DNA of 58,468 nucleotides, filler included, from Perkinsus olseni (Eukaryota): NCBI GenBank assembly GCA_013115125.1. It is 7 parts of 7 records of this genome, joined end to end, with 100 filler letters (N's around TTAATTAATTAA, not from the genome) between each part and the next. Parts side by side here need not be neighbours in the genome. Positions count along the whole stretch, not along the records: positions 41,961 to 50,177 come from JABANN010000979.1; positions 50,278 to 58,468 come from JABANN010000981.1; 5 more parts are not named here. One strand, 5' to 3'. Shown piece by piece: positions 47,850 to 58,468 of this stretch (position 1 is its first letter; each line of letters starts with the position of its first letter). The notes under the pieces were generated by a model. It saw only the letters and a program-made list of their open reading frames with translations, ran no database searches and was not told where the DNA came from. The position numbers and the translations under genes were made by a program.

Positions 47850-49138
47850 ATGCCCAGCTTTAAAGACGTTACTAAGAAGGCAGATGATCTGTTCAACTCC
47901 GGTTATTGTGATGGCAAGGTAGTATTACCATAAACTACGGTAGTAGTCTTAAGTGTCATTATCAGGCATGCGAGATAGAGAACAGTTCTAAGAAGGATAA
48001 ACTGAGCTTCAAGAACAAGACTACTTTTGCTAATTGCCCTTGTTATACTCCTGCTGATGCTACTACTACTCCTACTGCTACTACCGAGATCAAGTATACC
48101 AACAGCAACATGGACATCATCTACAGTAAGTGATGATGACGATAGGGATGCATTATACTTACAGATTATCATCATGATCAGGTAATGGTACTGATGGTAA
48201 ATCGACTTTGGAAGGCAAATATAAGGCTCTACCTATCAATGTAATATTTACACACCAACAGCAGCCGGAGGAGGAGGAGGAGCATGATGGTGTTGTTGTT
48301 GTTAGGGTATGACTATGTCAAGCAAGTATGCTCATGGTAAATCTGGTGATACGGCCAATATATCCTTCAATTATAAAGGGGACATGTCATCAAAGCTTAT
48401 TAACCTCAATAAGGTTCAATATGTAATACTACTAACTTGGAGTACTACTACTATTACCAATGTTGTTGTTACTTAGAACCTCGATATGAACGTTTATGGA
48501 CCAAAGACATCCTTGACTGAGAATGTCGGCTGTGAGTTATACAAAGGACTTGCTGTTGGTGGTGAATTCACATCACCTCTGGTTAATGGTGCCAGTCTTA
48601 AGGGATATTGTCCTCTGGACTTTGACCATTCTAAGTAATAATAAGTCCGTGTTATCAGTGCTACTATTTTTAATGTTCTCAGGTTATCTCTCGCTATGGG
48701 TTATACTTACTGCAATTATTTCTTAGCTGCTAAGACACAACATGATATCAGTAATGGTAAGACCAACTTGACAGCTTCGATCTACTCGAAACAAGGAGAT
48801 CTAGAAGCTGCTCTACAGGGTAAATACACCCTTTACGCTGATAAGCCTCACCTAGCCATTGCTGCCAAGTAATATTTGTAACATTCACGACGGTGGTGAG
48901 CATGATGAGAATGGAAGCATAATGGATCTTGTTCAGGTATCGCTTTGATGACAAGACATCTGTCAAGGGCACAGTATCTGATGATTTGAAGGCTCGTGCT
49001 TTGGTTACGTACATGTGTGGTGGTGGTGTTACTGCTAATGTTGGCATGAGCATTAATCCCATGAAGAACGCTGATGCGGGCGGTGCTGCTGCTGCTGATA
49101 ACTTCAAGCTTGGTACCAAGTTCGTGTTTAGCAGTTAA
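47850..49138 (+). CDS. VDAC: Mitochondrial outer-membrane porin (VDAC), multi-exon
   Basis: N-terminal helix MPSFKDVTKKADDLFNSGY; exons with alternating beta-strand pattern; last exon YRFDDKTSVKGTV...NFKLGTKFVFSS* (beta-signal). Confidence 0.85.
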
Positions 49139-49379
49139 GAGGATCGCAGCTGTTTATTGCAGCTGAATATATGAAGTATCGTTGCTACTTGATCATACTG
49201 ATGATGTCGATGACCTTATTGTTTATCATTATTACAACTACATCATTGTGATAATTCCCCTGCATGTTATTATTACTAATATGTTGATAATAACTATTGG
49301 AGAAGAATGATCATTATTGATTAATAATAAACACAAATACTAGAAAGGTTTGTTTATGATGAGAGAAGAAAAGAAGTTG

Positions 49380-50177
49380 TGTTACTGTATAGTCAACAAA
49401 AGGGTCATCAAGACTTGTAATATAATGATAATGCTAATAATTGTATCATATAGCCATAGTTGTGGAAGTAGGGGTTGTCTGCTTAGTAAGATAGATCGGG
49501 TTTTTTTGTTGTAGCATTGGTACCAATATACCAATGGACTCATTTGCATGGAAGTATGTGAACTTAACCTCTGAAACAAGGAGATAACTACATATGGTCC
49601 GACGATGATGATAACAATTGATGATAGTAGGTAGTAGTGTTGTTGCTGCTGTTGTTATTACGTCTTATTATAGACTGGTATTCTACTGGAACATCACTTA
49701 TCCTTACTTTGATACCATTATTGGTAGCATTAACGTAGTAATCAATGTTCGTAGCATTTACATGGATAGCAGCCACAGTAACATTCCTAATAATAATGAT
49801 GATAATATTATGTTGTTGATGTTGATAACGGTAAGTATTACACATAGTTGATCTTATCCATCTCTTGGGGAAAGTCAATAGAAATGTTCGCTGGAACTCC
49901 TGGAACCAAGTTACCGTTAAATGAATATAACCCGGTAGGAAAAAGGGTACCTGTATTAATAACAGTATTAATAACCCATAGAGTAGACATCACCTGGAGG
50001 AGTTGTGGGAAAGGCGGTAGTTGGAGGCATAGTAGAAGGAGGAGGGCCAGTTGTTGGAGGGGGGCTAGTAGTACCACCACCATTATTCCTACTACACCCT
50101 TGAATGTTGCTCCTGGTCGCTCTCATAGTCAACCCAACACCTTGGTGATGTAGCTTGTGGTAGTGATAAATAACAAA
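49380..50177 (-). CDS. 3' part of a hypothetical multi-exon gene
   Basis: Exon-like blocks (GLYSFNGNLVPGVPANISIDFP; NIDYYVNATNNGIKVRISDVPVEY) between AT-rich intron-like tracts. Confidence 0.35.
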
Positions 50178-50371
50178 NNNNNNNNNNNNNNNNNNNNNNN
50201 NNNNNNNNNNNNNNNNNNNNNTTAATTAATTAANNNNNNNNNNNNNNNNNNNNNNNNNNNNNNNNNNNNNNNNNNNNTGGGGGGCGAATTTAGGGCGAGC
50301 GAGATCAGCCTGTCGTACAGTATTGGGGTCGTACAGAATTGGAAGTACCATCGTGTCTTAGAGCTGGATCA

Positions 50372-52346
50372 ATGTACTCGCCAGAAGACGCCCTTCCCCC
50401 CATCGACTTGAAGGCTCTCCAACTCGCCCCCTTCACCCCCTTGGAGTCTGAGTCGTCCAGAAAGGAGTGCCCGAAGTGCGGACGACGACGGAAGTTTTAT
50501 TGCTACGAATGTGCTATACCTGTCGAAGGCTGGGATGGGGTAAGATTCACATCGTCTCTCACGCTCAGAGCCCTCCAACCTTTCTGTATGCTAAAATTGG
50601 AACGATGCTTTCTGGCCATAAAGTAGGTAGAATATTCGACGTCGTGTCTTGGGAAACTCTGGCGATGGTCAATGCGCCTCCGTCCGATTTCTGTGGTCTT
50701 CTGATATCCTGCACGATTTCCCCCGGCAGACAGCCTCGTCTGTTCCTTTTCACAGTTGAGCTTTTGCCCTATCATCATCGAGATAGATTGTCTTCTTCAT
50801 ACTGTCGCTCAGAACACAGTCGAAGTGCTCATCTCGGCACTTCGTTCTCTCCAGTCGGTTATGAACTTCTCAATCAGGTACCCTACGTTCGCCCGCCCTT
50901 CGACATCCACCTGGTGCGGCATCCGACCGAGAAGGCGAGCAAGTCCAGTATCATACCTCTCCAACTCATATGCAATCCCGATCGCGAGCCAAGGGAAGGC
51001 GCTCTCGAGGTAGAAGAGTGCAAGATACAAAGAGGTCGCATTGGGGTCGCAATAAGGTACCTCGAGCGTATCTTCACTCGGCAACAGAGGACTTCAACCC
51101 TGAGTTCGACCTGGACTCGACCGTCCTCCTCTACCCCGGCGAGGACAGCAAGAGCATCGACGAAGTTGACTGGTCCAAAATCAAACGGGTGGCGGTTATC
51201 GACTGCACTTGGCATCAAACTGGATACATGTTAAGGTAATTTCGTGGCGCAGTGACGGAATGATTCTCTTGTCGGTCCTTCTCAACACGACGTTGTCACA
51301 ATCCAGTTCCATACTAAACATTAGTGTGGAGCTTGAACTGCATATTTACTTCCCTTTACTGTCCGGTCGGAAAATATTTTTCCGAGCTGATCGAGTTGCA
51401 GAAGAGATATAATCTGAAGAGAACAGTGCTCAAGAGCGAGCACGGGTTCACTCTGGAAAATAACGTCGGACGGCAGAAAAGATCCAAAAACCAGTTTTCT
51501 CGATGAAAAGTGAGATAAATTGCGGAAATCGCATCATTCGCAAGCCCCACGAATTTCTGATGCTCGATCTCGTTTCAATATTCGAACTTTTCATAGCGAC
51601 CAAAGCGATTGGATCAGACCTGGTCAATTTTTTTTAAGCGGAGTATCTTTGCGCTGCGAAATTAGGTGGATGAGCGCCAGCGTGTGATGTCTTGCTCGCA
51701 GCAAATCCTATGCGTTCCTAGGATACAGGGTAATCCTCACAATGTGAAGGTCTGCTGTGCTCTCAGCCACCCTTCGCTCAAGAATTTACCAAAAGTTGGT
51801 ATCACCTCGCACGCTACTAATTTCTGGCGGTATCAGCATGAAGGTCCTGAGTGCCTCGCCACTGTTGAAGCTTGTTATCTCCTGTGTAAAGAGCAATGGG
51901 AAGCTGTCAACGATGGTGAGAGTGGGAGACGATGTATTCGCTCAAAAGCAGTAGCGTCGAACGAATTACTCGCCGCCTAGTATCTGGCTCGAGTCGTTTT
52001 CGTGTAAATTGAGGGTAGTCAGATTTAGGAAAATCCAAGCAGATTAGCCCATGCTGATTCGGGTGCTTCATTCACTGCTATTTTCTCCAATATGCCCTCG
52101 ACTTGCCTATCTTGCTCATCTCGCAATTCCTCAATTTCAGTTCCCTACGATGGCCGATACGATAACATGCTATGGTACTTCGTCTACATGCATCGATTAG
52201 TAGCGCAGGCTCACAAACGCCGAGGCACGAAGAGGGAGGGTCGAGTGTGTAAGGATGACGGAGGGCCTGAAGGAAAGCGGAAGGTGCTCAATCGGGGTAT
52301 ACCAGAGCGAATGCTCAATTCCGATGACCAGCGTTTCTTAGAGTGA
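50372..52346 (+). CDS. DTWD1: DTW-domain tRNA-uridine aminocarboxypropyltransferase, multi-exon
   Basis: RKECPKCGRRRKFYCYEC; HPTEKASKSS; VLLYP; VIDCTW; TNFWRYQ..ECLATVEA; YDNMLWYF. Confidence 0.9.
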
Positions 52347-52462
52347 TTTCACAGTGTCTGGGTTTTTTATTGGAGAAAAAATGCGAGATGACAGGTGTGA
52401 GGATCGAACCGGGGATCGTCGGATTGGCAGGAGTATCATTCTGTTTGTTTAAACCATCTATT

Positions 52463-54694
52463 ATGTCTAACCTGTCCTTCGATTACTCAAAATGGGACAA
52501 TATCGATCTCTCTGATGATGAGACCGATTTTCACCCTAATCTTGACACCGGTAGGTCGTGGGTTCGAGTCCCGCGGATGGCACTCTATTTTTCTCAGGTT
52601 TAAATATTAAAGTAAAGCGTGCTCAGCGAGAGCGTAAAATGGAAGAATACGAACAACAGCGAAAGCAACTCTTAGAGGTAGCCATTTGATGACGGTAATT
52701 TCTCTTTTTTTCAATCTTACATGTATGGTTCTCGGAAGGGATTCACACGAGAAGTCTGAATAAGCAATCACCTCTCCTCTACTGTTCGGATGCCGCGTCG
52801 CCAGCTCAGCGACGACAAATTTTCCCTTCCATCTTCATGAGTACCTACAAAATGACTTGGAAATTTCTAGTATGAAGCCGCCGTCGTGCGTTTATTGACC
52901 GTCCTGAGAGAGGTCCTATTTTCGGAGGTGTCGGATAGTTTTTTTCGTCTAATCGTCGAACTCGTCGATCGGATGTTCAGGATGGGTCTCCGGAGGCGAT
53001 GGAGAAGCTGAAGAAACTGGAGAAGTCAAAGCCGCTGTTTGGAGAAAATCTTTGTCATGTCGTCGATGAGAAGGTAGTAATACTTGCGACTATCACACTG
53101 TACCGTCGTTCAATGGTAGCACAGTCTCAAGAGTCATAGTTGGCCTGGCAAGCTTCTTTGCGGTGGTCAGCCATGATGATGAGCGCTTTCGGCACGATCA
53201 CAGTGTTCGCTATCAACTGTCGCTTTTATCGTGCAAGTGGATTTCTCCGCGACAGTTTTCTCTGGCGTGAATAGTTCGAGCGGGTCTGGATAGAGCAATG
53301 AAGAAATATTTCGGATTGCATTTCAGACCATCATCTCGGACAAGAAGATCGAGAACGCCCCGCCACCGGTAACTAAGGACGAGGCTGCATCGAGTGGGGA
53401 AGATACTCTCGAGTAATACGCGTATTAGTACTGGCGTTGCAGAATGATGGAAGCTCTCTGCGGTCGCTTTAGATGCTCTTCTGACTGAGGTCCTTTTGGG
53501 TGTGCGGGTAGACATCCAATTCAAATCCAAACCGAATTCCCGAATTTTCTGGATAGAGTTTGGCACCAGTGAGAGCAACTTGAAGACATTTCCAACTGAA
53601 TTGGCGCTGCTTGGTCGAGTCTCACCTGTTTCCTCTCTCCAATTTTCGTCACGCAGTTACATGGAGAAGAATGAGGATGTTCTCGAAAAGTATGCGGAGA
53701 TAGCGGACTTGAAGGAGCTGGAACAGTTCCTCTACGACCATCCAGTCCTTCTCCATGAGGTAAGGAACTTAGCCTTTTGCTTCTCTCAGTGCTGTTGAAC
53801 GCTTCCACATACTGCCGATAGTATGGCGTGATGCTGTCGTGGTGCAGTTCCGAGTGAATTCTATTCCGCCTGTCTACAGTAGTAATATTGACGCAGCAGT
53901 GATGTATGAAAATATTGCGAGCCCACTTGCTATCTTGCAATTCCTCAACGCGATGGTTGCTTTCCGTCTTTCAGTACGGCTGCATGACGATCCTCATCTT
54001 TGCCAAGCGTTTGGAGTGCGCGCACGAGCGAGAGGCCTCGCTGAACTGCTGCCGAAATTATTTGGTCCTCCGCAACATAATGGATCTTGCTGGAGAGGTA
54101 GGAGAGGAGGCGTCGCGCGCCACGAAATTGGTATGATGATACCCGTCTGTTAGGCGCATCAGCTGAAGGAAAGTCGGCCGCTGGTGCAGATGTTCTTCAA
54201 ACAAGTAAGTTGGCGGTTGCAGTTTTTCGTGTGTGGAAGATGATAGATTCCTCAAAAGCTCGGTCTCGTTTAGTCCCTTTGTTCGGGAAAATTTTTAGGG
54301 ACGGCCAAGTTGTGCGCATTTTCGGCCGTCCTTCGAGCCGAAGCACAGTTGCAACAACGCTTTTCAAAGTGGACTTGAACTTGGCTCCATGCGAAATCTC
54401 CTCGGAAGGGAGGGCGATGCTTCATCGTGTTTAATAGATAGTAGATAGTGGAGCATTGTGGCTGTAGTCCACAAGCCCAGGTTGGTGTCGCGACAGTTGT
54501 CATTTGAGCGGTGGAAACGACGGAGGTACGGTCGCCCAGAAGGAACGTATTTTCAGGTGAACGAAAATGCTGATAGGGAGAAGAAGCTCGAGGAAGAGAC
54601 GATCAACTTCCACAAACAGATTCTCGATTTGATCGAAAAGGATGCGTTCAACCAACCGGAGGTGGCCGGGGCCGAACCGCCGAAGAAAAGCTGA
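52463..54694 (+). CDS. CDC37: Hsp90 co-chaperone Cdc37, multi-exon
   Basis: FDYSKWDNIDLSDDETDFHPNLD; QFLYDHPVLLHE; NIMDLA; ends AEPPKKS*. Confidence 0.85.
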
Positions 54695-54719
54695 GTGATA
54701 AATATGATTACTTTTCGGC

Positions 54720-55850
54720 ATTCATGAAAGCTTCTTGAGTTGAGGTACACAGGAGCTCTTACCATGCTCGGAAGGTTCTCTTCTCGTGAGAGAGCAGCTG
54801 TGGCGTTGTAAGGCTTGAGACCTCTGAGTAGCTCACGCTGCCGTCTCGGTGATAACTGTAGTAAGCCTACTGGGGGCGCAAGGAGTGCGAGGAGACCAAT
54901 GCCGGAGTGGCTCTGTGGCGCATAGCATGGCGATATCTCTCTGAGGGACAGATCTTGGGCGGAGGCAATCAAGTTTTTCATCTCCTCGACGCAAGGCTCA
55001 TCGGGCTGGACCCTCCTGTGGAAGCTTGAGGCTGTCGATGGGCTATTCCTATGATTTCCTGGTGGCTTTGTACAGAGGAGAATGGGTGGCGGCCCCCAGC
55101 GCCTGTAAGGCCAGGCCACGGCCAAGGTGCCGAAGAAGAGGAATGCCATGTGCATTAATGCGAGACTGGATACCTTGGTGACTGATCCGAAAGAGGTTCC
55201 TTTGGGAGACTAGTGAGCTCTCTCATGCCGCTACTGGCCGTAGCCTACAGCCGATTATCCTCTTCCGCGGCCCTATAATTGGAAGCTTCTAATCGCTCTG
55301 TTACAAGAGGGGCACCGTCTGCTTCGCTGAGCTTCAAAACCGTGCCCCTCCGCGTTCGCCCGCGTGACTTGGGAAGGGCTGACGAGGATGACGAGGATAT
55401 GTTCAAGGACACGCAACTTTTGTAACGCAAAACTATAGGAACACTGGAGTAAGAATAAATCGTTAAGCGTGAAACCGATACTCAAGACCCTTGTGACAAG
55501 GGCGGAAAAATCTGCTTCGGGAGCCGTGATCGACCTACGGACCACAGTAGGCATCAGAGGTTGGTCCTACGACATTCTATCGGAGGAGCTGGAGCCCTGT
55601 GATGTCATATTACTGATAGTCTAACAGTTTGTCTAATATAACACTACCCGCGACCTTCATCAGAGAGGCCCTCTGCAGTCCATATGCTCTATAACGAAAT
55701 CCCATTCGGAGTGTTCGGAGGCTGTAGGGCACTTCGTCCCTAGCAAAGACTGGGTTTCTAAATGACTTTGGCGCTAAAAAGGCCTTCAGCGGCGGCCGAT
55801 ATAAGTTAGGCGAGCAGTTAATAACATCAAATAGTCTATCACACGACATC
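54720..55850 (-). CDS. Hypothetical multi-exon gene convergent with CDC37 (boundaries uncertain)
   Basis: Collinear ORF blocks including hydrophobic MAFLFFGTLAVAWPY; no domain recognised. Confidence 0.3.
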
Positions 55851-55873
55851 GTATGTGTCCCAACACGGGGGGC

Positions 55874-56670
55874 TTAGACCTTAGTGAGAGCCAGGCGATT
55901 TCCTTCGAACTTCATGTAGATCGTCTTCTCAGTGGCAAAGACCACTTGTAAGAAGTCATCGGGAGACACATGTCTGCCTGGGCAGACACGCCGCACTTGA
56001 TCGAGGGCATCATTCAAAGAACTCCTCCCAGCTGACTGCACATGATAGTGGAGTGGCGGGACACCACGATCGGAGCGAGAAAGGATGAAGCGGAAGCGGG
56101 GAGTGGTACGCTTCTCACACCTAACCCGTAGGCTAACAACTCCATTATTGCGAATCTTGTAAATTATCTTCACACGGGGGCGGACAGGGTCCTTATAAAC
56201 ATATTTACCCGGGAGCACGTCACGTCCCACTCTTGAGCAGTAGATCTCTCTCGCGCCCATGTCGACAGAAAAACCATCACCGCTTGTGTAGTGGAGGGTG
56301 GCTAGAGGAGGGGGTTGGTCACGTTCGTGGTCGAAGGGTTCGCCGGGCTTGATTACTCCGCTGTTTGAAAGAAAAATCTCGAGGGACTCGTACCAATCAT
56401 CACTGGCTATCCCGGATTTCTCGAAGTCGATGGTGTAGGTCAAGCCCTCCTCTTTGCGTAGGGGGTAAGGCCCGAAAGCGCGATGAGCACCCCGTGGTAT
56501 GTCGCCTCTACGTTGTCGAGTTTCGGGGACGTCGATCGTCAACGTAACTTCTTTGTTCTCGTTCACATCGTAATACATATTGAAGAAAGACTCCTCGTAA
56601 GCAAACCTGCCAACATCTTGGGCCGTGCTTATGACCAGAGCTTGAGCGAGAAGAAGCCAAGTCGAGACAT
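55874..56670 (-). pseudogene. Lineage-specific secreted protein whose ATG is 1 nt out of frame with its signal peptide
   Basis: The 234-aa ORF extends upstream as VSTWLLLAQALVISTAQDVGRFAY; the ATG at 56670 is off-frame by one base. Confidence 0.65.
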
Positions 56671-58393
56671 TATTGGGGTGGCGGAAGTCCCTTGGTGAAA
56701 GCTGAAGTGCGGGAATTATTCATCAAGAAGTAGCCGAACACTAAGGTTCCGAAGACCATGAACATCGATTTAGATCAGGATAAAAAAGCTATTACATTCA
56801 TTTCACGTCACCACGAGGCCGATCCGGTTCTCGCCCACTCTCGCAACGGCGACGGCCATGACATGGGTATTGTATGGTTGTCCTCAAAGCTGCTACCACA
56901 ACTTACTTAACTTACTTAAGTTACTTCTCGCAGCGCAGGCGCCGCAAGTGGGTCGGGAACGGGAGAGACGGGACTCGGACACGCGTACTGTGCGCACATA
57001 GTGCGCACAGTACGCGTGTGCGAACTATCCGTATCCGTATATCTTCTACACTATCCGTGCGCCTATCCGGCTCTCGCCCAGACTCTGCACTTCCTCTCTG
57101 GAAGTGGACCGAACTCCTTCAAGTAGACAGCATCTCACAAATATCGTCATATATCATCTTGCTCAATTCTCATGCTCTCAAATCGAGCATCAGTGTTGTT
57201 GAATAAGTTGGTAACCAACTGTTGGTTCACGGAACTTCCAACGTCGTTAAGTGCTCGATAACCCGGAGCGTCGCTCGCAAACGTCCTTCGCTTACTCATG
57301 ATGGGTGGAGTGAGTAACCCATCCTACCGAACGCAACGCAGCCACGCCAGGTGTGAACTGGGCATGCTTCATACATTCTTCATTGGGAGTGGAATCGTAA
57401 TGATTGCAAATTTATGATGTCTGTACCGTCACCTTCAGAAGCGTCGTCCCAGCGGGCGGTAATCCACTCCCCTGGCTCTGAGCCTGTGGCTCAGCAGCTA
57501 ACTGGCAGTTAGTAACTGGCTAGTCTCACTGTGCCCGGAAGAGCCACCAACTGACAAGATTATACCACTGAATGATTCGACGGTCGTCTCGGACTTTCGG
57601 CCCTTTCCTTTCTCCAGAATCATATCATACGCAGTTTGGATGCGCTTTCCAATAAGCCCTTCCCTTTCAGAGTATTCAAGTTCACGAGACGAACTGGACG
57701 AAGTGAGGCCGGAAACTGGATCCGTCGTATCCTGAGTCAGGAATCCTGACTGAGGGGACATCCCGAGCCGGGCTTCCTGACTGACACTCACCATGCATGT
57801 TGTCAATGAACTCCGTCACAGGCGTGTCGTAGCACAGTAATTTGCTAGGTAGTCGAGACCTTTCTCTGATGAGCATTACGGATTGGATACTGGGGCTCCA
57901 CGTCAACTCGGGATTGTAGTGCCGATGATTCACCCTAATGATCTCGTTGTGTAGTGTTCCCGGCTTCACGAGAGACAGGAGGAAACTCGCCACCCCTAGA
58001 ACTCGACGGTGGCTGTGACATAGAAAAGGAAGTTAAGCCCTTGAAACTTCTCAGTTATGCATACATTAAAATTAGTCTCAATAGTAACTACTAGCTTCAC
58101 GCTAGAGCAACACGCAAAGGGCGCTAAGATATCATTGGCCTGTATACGCCATGGAGACAGATCGAACACAATGACGTATCCTAATAAAACAACGAATGGA
58201 GAGGCGGTTCACTACAGTGTCACCGTATCCTGCATCCTCCAGAAGCAGCCCTCCGCGGTAGCGCAGGAAGCTGTCTCAGAAAATAGCCGGATCGGATTTG
58301 TCTGAAATTCGTGATAATCTACGAACTTGAACAATAGCAGCTATTCTACCCCGGACCGGGGTCCCCCGTCGACTCGGGGGCTCTGAGCCAGAG

Positions 58394-58395
<2 letters not shown>

Positions 58396-58468
<73 letters not shown>
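58396..58468. other. Poly-G tail, probable sequencing artefact
   Basis: 73-nt G homopolymer at the contig end, typical of two-colour Illumina signal loss. Confidence 0.85.

Noticed and set aside
8360-50277. Recurring TTAATTAATTAA motif and any cross-contig gene neighbourhood
   Set aside because: Artificial spacers; adjacency across them has no biological meaning.
58396-58468. Telomere or G-quadruplex element
   Set aside because: A pure terminal G run is the typical two-colour sequencing artefact.

Overview
Eukaryotic, intron-containing DNA, not one locus. Seven unrelated contigs of about 8.2-8.4 kb (1-8359, 8460-16816, 16917-25183, 25284-33531, 33632-41860, 41961-50177, 50278-58468) are joined by artificial 100-nt N/TTAATTAATTAA spacers. 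Gene style (short GT-AG introns, expanded secreted pepsin-like proteases, lineage-specific secreted families) suggests a Perkinsus-like alveolate; this is inference only. Recognisable genes: a ZIP zinc transporter, a multi-zinc-finger protein, three aspartic proteases, BUD13/CWC26, VDAC porin, a DTWD1-like enzyme and CDC37. Mobile DNA is abundant: two complete non-autonomous hAT elements with 8-bp TSDs, two further hAT ends, a near-complete BEL/Pao-like LTR retrotransposon, an older gag and a second element's 3' LTR. The most striking pattern is a stereotyped 22-nt scar, X(1-7)+revcomp(X1-8)+X(2-8). I found 13 perfect copies plus about a dozen degenerate or long-inversion variants. It matches hairpin-mediated hAT excision footprints and appears to have edited a tRNA, a retroelement integrase and a protease active-site region. 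The LTR element also has an A-AAA-AAC slippery site with an H-type pseudoknot and a Tudor-like domain at the integrase C-terminus.
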